A DNA stretch of 64,000 bases from an uncultured Acidobacteriota bacterium (GTDB taxonomy: Bacteria; Acidobacteriota; Thermoanaerobaculia; Multivoradales; SZUA-115). Every line of letters starts with the position of its first letter. Within the stretch, counting starts at the first letter, position 1. Where the stretch lies: assembly GCA_963805975.1 (NCBI GenBank), contig CAWDVR010000001.1, positions 896,001 through 960,000 on the forward strand. The letters run 5' to 3'. The translations under genes and the position numbers were made by a program. This document shows positions 1-8,526 of the stretch, piece after piece. The notes beneath the pieces were generated by a model, which was given only the letters and a program-made list of their open reading frames with translations, was not told where the DNA came from and did no database searches.

Positions 1-182
1 ACTTCGTGCTGGCGGACTTTCCGGCCTTCGCCGGCGATCTCGCGGCGGCGCTCGCCAAGCACGGGGTGCTGGTGCGCGCCATGGCGGGCTGGAACCTGCC
101 GGGTAGCGTGCGTGTCACGGTCGGCACGCGGCCCGAGAACGAGCGCCTGCTCGCGGCGCTCGACGAAGTGCTGCGATCTTGA
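1..182 (+). CDS. hisC: Histidinol-phosphate aminotransferase, C-terminal fragment (gene starts before the window)
   Basis: Frame from nt 3 reads FVLADF...GVLVR...SVRVTVGTRPENERLLAAL*, a class-II aminotransferase C-terminus; the TGA at 180-182 overlaps the cmk TTG start. Confidence 0.75.
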   Translation, partial: FVLADFPAFAGDLAAALAKHGVLVRAMAGWNLPGSVRVTVGTRPENERLLAALDEVLRS

Positions 183-907
183 CCGCTCCTCGTCACTCCG
201 CCGGTACGGCACAGGGGACCGGCCGTCCACCGGTCGTCGCCATCGACGGCCCGGCGGGGGTGGGCAAGAGCACCGCGGCGCGCCTCCTCGCCCTGCGGCT
301 CGGCGTGCCCTACCTCGACACCGGCGCCATGTACCGGGCGCTGGCGCTCAAGGTGCTGGAGCTGGGCCTGGCGATCGAGGACGGCACCGCGGTCTCGCGG
401 CTGGCGTCGGAAGCGGACCTGCGGCTCGAGGCGACGGCGGAACTCGAGGGCATCGTCGTCGTCGTGCTGCTCGACGGCCAGGAGGTGGGCGAGCGCATCC
501 GCACCCCCGCGGTGAGTGCCGCCACCTCGGCGATCGCCGCCTATCCGGAGGTTCGCCGGCGCTTGGTGGCGTTGCAGCGCGAGGCGGGCGAGCGCTGGGG
601 CGGCGTGGTCGAGGGCCGGGACATCGGCACCCGCGTCTTCCCGGACGCCGCGTTCAAGTTCTTCTTCGAGGCCTCACCCGAGGTGCGCGCCCGCCGTCGC
701 TACGAAGAGCTGACCGCATCCGGCCGTGCCGCGAGCCTGGAAGAGGTCCACGCCGATATGGAAGCCCGCGACCGCCGCGACTCCAGCCGCGACGACTCCC
801 CCCTCACCCGCGACCCCACCTACCACCTGATCGACACCTCCGCCCACTCGGCCGAGGAGGTGGTGGAAGAGATGGTGCGGGTGGTGCGGGGGGGCGCGAC
901 CCCGTAG
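179..907 (+). CDS. cmk: Cytidylate kinase
   Basis: IDGPAGVGKST P-loop, YLDTGAMYRA, EGRDIGT and RDRRD motifs. Confidence 0.95.
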   Translation: MTAPRHSAGTAQGTGRPPVVAIDGPAGVGKSTAARLLALRLGVPYLDTGAMYRALALKVLELGLAIEDGTAVSRLASEADLRLEATAELEGIVVVVLLDGQEVGERIRTPAVSAATSAIAAYPEVRRRLVALQREAGERWGGVVEGRDIGTRVFPDAAFKFFFEASPEVRARRRYEELTASGRAASLEEVHADMEARDRRDSSRDDSPLTRDPTYHLIDTSAHSAEEVVEEMVRVVRGGATP

Positions 908-914
908 CTCTCGC

Positions 915-2078
915 CTAGCGGATCTCCACCACCCGCGTCGCTCCCAGCCCGGCCGGGGACCAGGTGCGCAGAGCCAGGGCGGGGTGGCCGCCGGAGCGGA
1001 AGCAGTCCGAGAGCAGCACCCATTCCCCGGCGTCCTTGCGCAGCAGGTGGACGAGCTCGAGCGGCTCGAGGTTGGTCTCGACCGCGGCGGGCAGCTCGCC
1101 CTTGAGCCTCCACTCGCCGCCGGGCTCGAGCTCGGTGACGAAGATGCGGCCGGCCCGGCCGCCGCGGCGGTCGAACCAGGCGAGCGGCAGCGGCTCGCCA
1201 TGGGTGCCGAGCGGCAGGTCCACGCTGTAGTCCGCACCGTAGCTCCAGATCTCGGTGCGCTCCGTGCCCCAGGGCTTGAAGCGCGTGCCGCGCCAGGTGG
1301 CGCCGCGGTCGGCGCTCCAGTAGAGCGCGCCGTCGGCCGCCATGTAGAGCGCACCGGTGGCGCCGTTGGGCACGACCTGGCCCTGTTTCTCGGCCGGCAG
1401 GGTGGGGAAGCCGGCGGTCCAGGTGACGGGCGGCTCGGCCGCGGCGAAGAGGCCGCTGCCGCTCACCACGGCGTCGCGCTGCCAGCTCGCGGGTGACACG
1501 CCCAGAGCGGTCGGCCCGTGCACCGCGAGCTTGCCCTTGGGCTTCCAGCCGCCCCCCTCGAAGCGCCAGGCTTGGGCGTCCAGCCAGCGGTCCCGGCCTG
1601 CCAGGTGAGCGACGACCCAGGGCTGGCCGGCGCGGTCGTAGGTGGAGTAGAGGTTGGCGGTGGCGGGGATCGTGAGCGAACTGCCCAGGGCGCCCCAGCG
1701 CCCGTCCTGCCAGCGTTCTGCTGCAACGCAGCTCTCGCCGCAGCGGCGCAAGGCGAAGATCGGTCCCGGGCCCACGGAACCGGCAAACCGGCCGCCGGAT
1801 TTCGCCGCGGGGAAGCCTCTCGCGGTGTCGGCTTGGCCCGCACCGGCCGCCGTCGGAAGCGAGCGGCCGAGCGTCACCTCGATCTGGCTGCTGTCTCTGC
1901 CGGTAGCGAGGTCGAAGAGCAGCACCCCTGCCTCGGTGTCGAGCCCCAGGAGGGCGAGAGCGGTGGGCTCGGCGCAGAGCGGGGCCGGCGGGGGGGCGGG
2001 TGCCGCGTGGGACCCGGCGGCCGCCACCGCCAGGGCCGCGAACATCGCGCAGAGAGTCGGCCGGCGCACCGTTCTCAC
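915..2078 (-). CDS. Secreted hypothetical protein (beta-rich, BNR/Asp-box-like SADRGATW)
   Basis: 3' part of ORF 915..2687; GTG at 2078 overlaps the upstream gene's TGA; signal-peptide-like AMFAALAVAAAGSHA. Confidence 0.65.
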   Translation of the reverse strand: MRTVRRPTLCAMFAALAVAAAGSHAAPAPPPAPLCAEPTALALLGLDTEAGVLLFDLATGRDSSQIEVTLGRSLPTAAGAGQADTARGFPAAKSGGRFAGSVGPGPIFALRRCGESCVAAERWQDGRWGALGSSLTIPATANLYSTYDRAGQPWVVAHLAGRDRWLDAQAWRFEGGGWKPKGKLAVHGPTALGVSPASWQRDAVVSGSGLFAAAEPPVTWTAGFPTLPAEKQGQVVPNGATGALYMAADGALYWSADRGATWRGTRFKPWGTERTEIWSYGADYSVDLPLGTHGEPLPLAWFDRRGGRAGRIFVTELEPGGEWRLKGELPAAVETNLEPLELVHLLRKDAGEWVLLSDCFRSGGHPALALRTWSPAGLGATRVVEIR

Positions 2079-3181
2079 CGTGGCCCGCGGTCGGTGAACA
2101 TGCGGCTCCAGTGGCGGGGCCGGATGGTCTTGATCCTGGCGATGCGCTCCTCGGCCACGCGATCGGCCGCCACGTAGCTGGGGATGCCCTCGGTCTTGGC
2201 GATCTCGAAGACCCGCATCATGTTGCGGTAGATGCCGCGGGTCTGGCGCAGGGCGCGATCCTGGTTGTAGCCGTTCTCGTTGAGCTCGTTGTAGACGTTG
2301 ATCAGCCCGCCGGCGTTGATCACATAGTCCGGCGCGTAGAGGATGTCGCGCTCGTCGAGTGCTCGGCCGTGCCGCGCCTCGTTGGCGAGCTGGTTGTTGG
2401 CGGCGCCGGCGACGATGGCGCAGCGCAGGCGAGGGATGGTGTCGTCGTTGAGCACCGCGCCGTAGGCGCAGGGCGCGAAGATGTCGGCGGCGGCGTCGAA
2501 GATCTCCTCGGTCGGCACCAGCTCGACCCCGACCTCCTGCGCCACGCGCTCGGCGGACTCCTGGTCCACGTCGCAGCCGAAGACCTTGGCCTTCTCGTCC
2601 TTCACCAGGTAGCGCGCGAGGTGGGAACCGACGCTGCCCAGGCCCTGGATGGCGACCGACTTGCCGGCCAGCGAGGGATCGCCCCACTGCCAGCGGGCGG
2701 CGGCCTTCATGCCCTGGAGCACACCGTAGGCGGTCACCGGGGCCGGGTTGCCGCTGCCGCCGTGGCTCGAGGAGACGCCCGTCACCCAGCGCGTCTCGCC
2801 CAGGATCAGCTCCATGTCGTCGGTGTCCGTGCCGCTGTCCTCGGCCGTGATGTAGGCGCCGCCCAGCGAGTTCACGAAGCCGCCGAAGGCGCGGAACAGG
2901 CCCTCGCTCTTCATCTTCTTGGGGTCGCCGAGAATTACGGCCTTGCCTCCTCCCAGGTTGAGGCCCGCGGCGGCGGCCTTGTAGGTCATGCCGCGCGCCA
3001 GCCGCAGCACGTCGGTCAGCGCCTCGTCGAAGCTCGCATACGGCAGCATGCGGCAGCCGCCGAGGCTGGGGCCCAGCACCGTCGAGTGGATGGCGATGAT
3101 GGCTTGTAGGCCGACCTCGGGATTGGAGCAGAGCACCACGCTCTCGTGCCCCATCTCCCGCACCTGTTGGAACACGTCCAT
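2075..3181 (-). CDS. Leu/Phe/Val dehydrogenase
   Basis: ATG at 3181 after AAGGAGG; LGGCRM, GGGKAV, AEDSGT, GLGSVG and NAGGLIN motifs. Confidence 0.93.
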   Translation of the reverse strand: MDVFQQVREMGHESVVLCSNPEVGLQAIIAIHSTVLGPSLGGCRMLPYASFDEALTDVLRLARGMTYKAAAAGLNLGGGKAVILGDPKKMKSEGLFRAFGGFVNSLGGAYITAEDSGTDTDDMELILGETRWVTGVSSSHGGSGNPAPVTAYGVLQGMKAAARWQWGDPSLAGKSVAIQGLGSVGSHLARYLVKDEKAKVFGCDVDQESAERVAQEVGVELVPTEEIFDAAADIFAPCAYGAVLNDDTIPRLRCAIVAGAANNQLANEARHGRALDERDILYAPDYVINAGGLINVYNELNENGYNQDRALRQTRGIYRNMMRVFEIAKTEGIPSYVAADRVAEERIARIKTIRPRHWSRMFTDRGPR

Positions 3182-3286
3182 CGGGCCTCCTTGGTGGGAT
3201 CGCTTCAGGTTGGAACGCTCTGGCTGGCCGGCGCGGCAGTTTACCGGATGCCCGGAGGAGGTGCCAGCGGTCTGTACAATCCCTCC

Positions 3287-4435
3287 GTGGACCCTGCCGC
3301 CACCGCCTCTCTCCTCAAGCGCTGGGCCCTGGAGGCCGGGTTCGACCGCGCCGGCGTGGCCCATCTGGCGCCGGTCGAGCGCGCGGAAGCGCTCGCGGCC
3401 TGGCTCGGGCGCGGCGACCAGGCCGGCATGGGTTGGATGGCCGGGAAACCCGAGGTGCGGCGGGAGCCAGAGCGGGTGCTGGCCGGGGCGCGGAGCGTGC
3501 TCTGCGTGGCGCTCCAGTACGCACCGCTGGTGGACGAGGAGGGGGAGCCGAGGGCCGAGACCGAGGGCGACCTCTGGCCCCGCGTCGCCCGCTACGCCAG
3601 GGGGCGTGACTACCACGATCTGATGGGGGAGCGGCTCGCGGCGCTGGCCGACCGGGTGCGCGAGGCATTCCCCGGCGCCGCGGCGCGGCCCTACGTGGAC
3701 ACCGGCCCGGTGCTCGAGCGCGAGCTCGCCGCCCGCGCCGGCCTCGGAGCCTTCGGCAAGCACACCAACCTGCTGAGCCGGGAGCACGGGTCGTGGTTCC
3801 TCCTGGGGGAGCTCTTCCTGACCCTCGACCTGGCGCCGGACGCACCCATCACCGACCTCTGCGGGCGCTGCACCCGCTGTCTCACCGCCTGTCCCACCGG
3901 CGCTTTGCCCGAGCCCTACCGGCTGGACGCGAACCGCTGCATCAGCTACTGGACGATCGAGCACCGGGGGGCGCTGCCGGAAGCGGCGCGGGAGATGGTG
4001 GGGGACTGGGTCTTCGGCTGCGACCTCTGCCAGGAGGCCTGTCCCTGGAACCGCAAGGCGGCGCCTGGCGCAGACCCCGACCTGGCCCTGCCGCCCGAAC
4101 GCGCCGGGCTGGACCTGGTGGGCCTCCTGCTCTTGTCGCGGGAGGAGTACACGGAGCGCTTCCGGGGCAGCCCCATGAAGCGCGCCAAGCTCTCCGGCCT
4201 CAAGCGCAACGCGGCCGTGGCGATGGGCAACCGCGGCGATTCCAAGTACCTACCGGCTCTCGAGACGGCCCTGGCGGACGAGGATCCGGTGGTGCGCGAC
4301 GCCGCGGCCTGGGCGCTCGAGAAGATCGAAAACCGTGGGCGCGAGGGTGCCTCTCCTGCGAGGAGCGCAGGCCGCCCGCCAGGGAGCTCGAGCACCGCAG
4401 CAGGAGAGCACCCGGGCTCGGGTTTTCGTGGTTGA
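3287..4435 (+). CDS. queG: Epoxyqueuosine reductase
   Basis: RYARGRDYH, VDTGPVLER, CGRCTRCLTACPTGA and GCDLCQEACPWN Fe-S motifs, C-terminal HEAT repeat; GTG start at 3287 inferred. Confidence 0.93.
   Translation: MDPAATASLLKRWALEAGFDRAGVAHLAPVERAEALAAWLGRGDQAGMGWMAGKPEVRREPERVLAGARSVLCVALQYAPLVDEEGEPRAETEGDLWPRVARYARGRDYHDLMGERLAALADRVREAFPGAAARPYVDTGPVLERELAARAGLGAFGKHTNLLSREHGSWFLLGELFLTLDLAPDAPITDLCGRCTRCLTACPTGALPEPYRLDANRCISYWTIEHRGALPEAAREMVGDWVFGCDLCQEACPWNRKAAPGADPDLALPPERAGLDLVGLLLLSREEYTERFRGSPMKRAKLSGLKRNAAVAMGNRGDSKYLPALETALADEDPVVRDAAAWALEKIENRGREGASPARSAGRPPGSSSTAAGEHPGSGFRG
4335..4413. repeat. Palindromic dispersed element, copy A (inside the queG 3' end)
   Basis: Near-identical to the reverse complement of 59790-59869; arms GGGTGC(C)TCTCCTGC / GCAGGAGAGCACCC. 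Confidence 0.85.
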
Positions 4436-4460
4436 CACTCCGGCATCCCCCGCCTATACT
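4432..4460 (+). promoter_or_regulatory. Sigma70-type promoter of rpsA
   Basis: TTGACA (4432-4437), 17-bp spacer, TATACT (4455-4460). Confidence 0.85.
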
Positions 4461-4572
4461 GCCAATCCCCTCGTTCTCAAGGGTTTACCGGCATCCTACC
4501 GCCCTACCCGTCGAACCTTGGGGATACCAGGCTTCTCGAGCCTGAGTCCAAATCAAGGAGGAAGTTGTCCCC

Positions 4573-6399
4573 ATGGAGTTAACGGAAGAACACCGCACGC
4601 CTCAGCCCGAGGCCGAGGTAGGCGGGGAGTCGTCCATCCAGGACGACGCCCTGCTGGCCCAGGCTGCTGGGCGCGCACAACACGTCGACGAAGACGACGA
4701 GCTGTTCGGCGATCCCACGGATCGCGCCGACTACAAAGCTCTCGTCACCATGTACGACGAGAGCATGCGCAACCTGAATGAAGGTGAGATCGTCACCGGC
4801 CGGGTGATCGGCATCACCGCCAACGACGTGGTCGTGGACGTCGGCTACAAATCCGAGGGCCTGGTCCCCAAGGCCGAGTTCATGGACCGCGAGGGCAATC
4901 TCAAGGTCAAGATCGGCGAGGACATCGACGTCCTGCTCGAAAAAGCCGAGGACCAGGAGGGCCACGTCCTCCTCTCGCGGCAGAAGGCCGAGCGCCTGCG
5001 GCGCTGGACCGACATCGAGAAGGCGTTCCAGGACGGCACCATCATCAACGGCCGGGTCATCGACCGCATCAAGGGTGGTCTCACCGTGGACGTCGGCCTG
5101 CGCGCCTTCCTCCCCGGTTCTCTGGTCGACATCAAGCCGGTCAAGAACCTCGAGTCTCTGAAGGGCGAGGAGCTGCAGTTCAAGGTCATCAGCCTCGACC
5201 GCCGGCGCAACAACATCGTGCTCTCGCGCAAGGCCGTGCTCGAAAAGGAGTTCGCCAAGCGCAAGGCCGAGACTTTGAAGCGCCTCGAGCCCGGCGCCCG
5301 GCTGGCCGGCGTGGTCAAGAACATCACCGACTACGGTGTCTTCATCGACCTGGGCGGCATCGACGGCCTGCTGCACATCACCGACATCTCCTGGGGCCGC
5401 GTCAGCCATCCCTCCGAGCACTTCTCGGTGGGCGACGAGGTCGAGATCGTGATCCTGAAGTTCGACCCCGACACCGAGCGCGTCTCGCTCGGCTACAAGC
5501 AGAAGAGCGACGACCCCTGGACCATGGTGGACAAGAAGTACCCCCCAGGCTCGCGCGTCCGCGGCAAGGTGGTGAGCCTGGTCGATTACGGCGCCTTCGT
5601 CGAGATCGAGGAGGGCGTCGAGGGCTTGATCCACGTCAGCGAGATGTCGTGGACCAAGAAGGTGGTCAATCCCTCGAAGCTGCTCAACATCGGCGACGAG
5701 GTGGAGGCGATCGTCTCCGAGCTCGACATGGAGCAGCGCCGTATCAGCCTGTCGCTGCGCCAGACCGAGCGCAACCCGTGGGAGGAGCTGTCCGACACCT
5801 ACCCGGTGGGCACCATCATCGAAGGCAAGGTCCGCAACCTGACCGAGTTCGGCGCCTTCGTCGAGATCACCGAGGGCATCGACGGCCTGATCCACGTCTC
5901 CGACATGAGCTGGACCAAGCGCGTCAAGCACCCGAGCGAAGTGCTCAAGAAGAGCGACACGGTGCGCGCCCGGATCACCCACATCGACGCCGAGAACCAG
6001 CGGGTGTCGCTGTCGATCAAGGAGTTCATGCCCAACGAGTGGGAGGACTTCATGGCCAGCCACAAGGTCGGTGACCAGGTCACCGGCCGGGTGGTCAACG
6101 TCACCGACTTCGGTCTCTTCATCGACATCTACGAAGGGCTCGAAGGGTTGGCCCACGTCTCCGAGATCGAGATCCAGGGCGGCAAGCTCGAGGACCACTA
6201 CTCGGTGGGCGAGTGGGTGAGCGCCAAGATCCTGCGCATCGAGGACGAGGAGAAGAAGGTCGGCCTGTCGATGCGCGGCGTGCTGCAGCCGGACGCGGAG
6301 GAGATCGCGGAGCTCGAGGCTCAGGCGCAAGCCAAGGCCGGGGCCCACCAGGAGGAAGACTCCGAGCCGGTGGAAGAGGCCACGGAAGAAGGCGAGTGA
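4573..6399 (+). CDS. rpsA: 30S ribosomal protein S1
   Basis: Six S1 repeats (GYKSEG, FLPGS, DYGVFIDLGGIDGLLH, etc.); AAGGAGG RBS. Confidence 0.98.
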   Translation: MELTEEHRTPQPEAEVGGESSIQDDALLAQAAGRAQHVDEDDELFGDPTDRADYKALVTMYDESMRNLNEGEIVTGRVIGITANDVVVDVGYKSEGLVPKAEFMDREGNLKVKIGEDIDVLLEKAEDQEGHVLLSRQKAERLRRWTDIEKAFQDGTIINGRVIDRIKGGLTVDVGLRAFLPGSLVDIKPVKNLESLKGEELQFKVISLDRRRNNIVLSRKAVLEKEFAKRKAETLKRLEPGARLAGVVKNITDYGVFIDLGGIDGLLHITDISWGRVSHPSEHFSVGDEVEIVILKFDPDTERVSLGYKQKSDDPWTMVDKKYPPGSRVRGKVVSLVDYGAFVEIEEGVEGLIHVSEMSWTKKVVNPSKLLNIGDEVEAIVSELDMEQRRISLSLRQTERNPWEELSDTYPVGTIIEGKVRNLTEFGAFVEITEGIDGLIHVSDMSWTKRVKHPSEVLKKSDTVRARITHIDAENQRVSLSIKEFMPNEWEDFMASHKVGDQVTGRVVNVTDFGLFIDIYEGLEGLAHVSEIEIQGGKLEDHYSVGEWVSAKILRIEDEEKKVGLSMRGVLQPDAEEIAELEAQAQAKAGAHQEEDSEPVEEATEEGE

Positions 6400-6441
6400 G
6401 CTCGGGAGCAGCGACCGATCGCTAAGGAGTAGGAATCGTAA

Positions 6442-6477
6442 CGAGCGGGCCATCGCGTCAGACGGATGGCCCGCTCG
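6442..6477. other. 13-bp stem-loop between rpsA and ihfB
   Basis: CGAGCGGGCCATC / GATGGCCCGCTCG perfect arms; no U-tract. Confidence 0.55.
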
Positions 6478-6521
6478 GCGAGCTTCCTCAAGGGGGGTGG
6501 ACGGTGTCGATCAAGGACGGC

Positions 6522-6800
6522 ATGACCAAGGCAGAGCTGGTCGAAGAGGTGGCGCGCACCACGCAGTTGACCAAGAAACACGCCGAGATCATCGTCAACA
6601 CGGTCTTTGATTCGATCGTGCAGTCGCTCAAGGTGGGGGAGAAGATCGAGCTCAGGGGCTTCGGCAGCTTCCGCATCCGTCACCGTGGCTCCCGGCTCGG
6701 GCGCAACCCGAAGACCGGTGACCAGGTGAGCGTGCCCTCCAAGAAGATCCCGTACTTCAAGCCCGGCAAAGAGCTGCGCGAGCTGTTGAACGGCGACTGA
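6522..6800 (+). CDS. ihfB: Integration host factor beta / HU family protein
   Basis: MTKAEL, IELRGFGSF, GRNPKTG and FKPGKELRE motifs; position downstream of rpsA. Confidence 0.88.
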   Translation: MTKAELVEEVARTTQLTKKHAEIIVNTVFDSIVQSLKVGEKIELRGFGSFRIRHRGSRLGRNPKTGDQVSVPSKKIPYFKPGKELRELLNGD

Positions 6801-6810
6801 CAGCCCGCGG

Positions 6811-7200
6811 GTGCGGGGCGCGGAACCGCAAGGAGTGCGAAACCCTTACATCGCGGCGTTCCTGGCCTGGCTGGTGCCGGGAGCAGGCCACGTCTATCTC
6901 GACCGCCGCGGCCGGGGGGCGGCTTTTTTCGCCATCGTGTCGGCGGCGCTCGTCACCGGCTGGCAGCTCGAGGGCCTGCTCTACCGAATCGTGCCCGGCC
7001 AGCCCCTTTCCTACCTGGGCACCCTGGGCGAGATGGGCTTGGGGGTCGCCTACTTCCTGCTGCGTTTTGGCCTGGGCTACGAGGGCGATCCCGGCGCGCC
7101 CGGCTTCGAGTACGGCAAGGCCTTCCTCATCACCGCCGGGCTGATGAACTGGCTCCTGGTGCTGGACGCCTGGGACATCGCCAAGCAAAAGAAGCCCTGA
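6811..7200 (+). CDS. Small membrane protein (DUF6677-like)
   Basis: LAWLVPGAGH motif and several hydrophobic segments; start codon uncertain. Confidence 0.65.
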   Translation: MRGAEPQGVRNPYIAAFLAWLVPGAGHVYLDRRGRGAAFFAIVSAALVTGWQLEGLLYRIVPGQPLSYLGTLGEMGLGVAYFLLRFGLGYEGDPGAPGFEYGKAFLITAGLMNWLLVLDAWDIAKQKKP

Positions 7201-7204
7201 CGCG

Positions 7205-7396
7205 ATGAGCCACTTCCTGCTGATGCTCTTGCACGCCCTGCTGGTGGCGCTCTTCTTCGCCCTCCTCTGGCGGCGCGAGCGCCGCGAGCAGATCAAGCTC
7301 TTCCTGCAGGTGTTCCTGGGGATGATGGGCGGAGGCTTGCTCATCGCATGGCTGATGTACCCGTTCCCGTCAGGACCGCCGGCACCGTTTCCATGA
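7205..7396 (+). CDS. Small two-TM membrane protein
   Basis: Two hydrophobic helices; stop overlaps the lpxB ATG (ATGA). Confidence 0.7.
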   Translation: MSHFLLMLLHALLVALFFALLWRRERREQIKLFLQVFLGMMGGGLLIAWLMYPFPSGPPAPFP

Positions 7397-8526
7397 TCCC
7401 CCTGCTCGTGGTCGCCGGCGAAGCCTCGGGCGACCTGCACGGCGCCCGCCTGCTCGAAGAGCTGGCACGGCTCGGCCGGCCGGTCGAGGCATTCGGCCTG
7501 GGCGGCGACGAGCTGCGCAAGGCCGGGCTCGAGACCCTGGCCGACAGCGCCGAGATCTCGGTGGTGGGGCTCGCCGAAGCGCTCCGCATCCTGCCGCGGG
7601 CGCGCCAGATCTTCCGCCAGCTCCTCTCGGAGGTGGAGCGGCGCCGGCCGCCGGCCGCCGTGCTGGTGGACTTCCCGGAGTTCAACCTCCGCCTCGCCCG
7701 CCAATTGCGGCGCCGCGGCGTCAAGGTGATCTACTACGTGAGCCCCCAGGTCTGGGCCTGGCGCCGGCGGCGCGTGGAGACCATTCGCAAGGTCGTGGAC
7801 CGCATGCTGGTGCTGTTTCCCTTCGAGGAGGAGTTCTACCACTGGCACGGCGTGCCGGCCCTCTGCGTGGGCCACCCGCTGGTCGACGAGGTGCCGGAGC
7901 TGCCCCAGGCCTGGGACCACGAGCGCCGTGCGGGCGAGCCCTTCCGGGTGGCACTCCTGCCGGGCTCACGGCGGAGCGAGATCTCCGCGCTGCTGCCGCT
8001 GATGGTCGGCGCCGTCGAGCGGCTCGCGGCGCGGCTGCCGATCCAGGCGAGCGTGGTGCGGGCGCCGACCGTGACCGAGGACGACCTGAGCGGGATGACC
8101 CGGGGAGCGGCCATCCCGCTGCCTATCGTGGCCGCGAACCGCTTCGATCACCTTGCCGGCTGCCACCTGGCCTTCTGCGCCTCGGGCACGGCCACCCTCG
8201 AGCTGGGCCTCCTGGGAACGCCGCTCCTGGTGCTCTACCACCTCAACCGTTGGACCTACCTGCTGGCGCGCCTGCTGGTGAAGCTGCCGCACATCAGCTT
8301 GGTCAACCTCGTGCTCGGGCGCACCGTGGTGCCGGAGCTTCTGCAGCACGAGGCCGAGCCGGCCAACGTGGCCGCGGTGGCTGAGGCCCTGCTCACCGAC
8401 CCGGCGCGCGTCGCGGACCTGCGCTCGGGGCTCGCCCTGCTGCGGGGCAAGCTGGGTGCGAGCGGCGCCGCGGCGCGGGCCGCCGCAGCCCTGGCCGCGG
8501 AGCTGCCGGCGGAGGGTGCGGCTTGA
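7393..8526 (+). CDS. lpxB: Lipid-A-disaccharide synthase
   Basis: AGEASGDLHG, DFPEFN, YYVSPQVWAWR, LLPGSR, SGTATLE and PELLQ motifs. Confidence 0.96.
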   Translation: MIPLLVVAGEASGDLHGARLLEELARLGRPVEAFGLGGDELRKAGLETLADSAEISVVGLAEALRILPRARQIFRQLLSEVERRRPPAAVLVDFPEFNLRLARQLRRRGVKVIYYVSPQVWAWRRRRVETIRKVVDRMLVLFPFEEEFYHWHGVPALCVGHPLVDEVPELPQAWDHERRAGEPFRVALLPGSRRSEISALLPLMVGAVERLAARLPIQASVVRAPTVTEDDLSGMTRGAAIPLPIVAANRFDHLAGCHLAFCASGTATLELGLLGTPLLVLYHLNRWTYLLARLLVKLPHISLVNLVLGRTVVPELLQHEAEPANVAAVAEALLTDPARVADLRSGLALLRGKLGASGAAARAAAALAAELPAEGAA

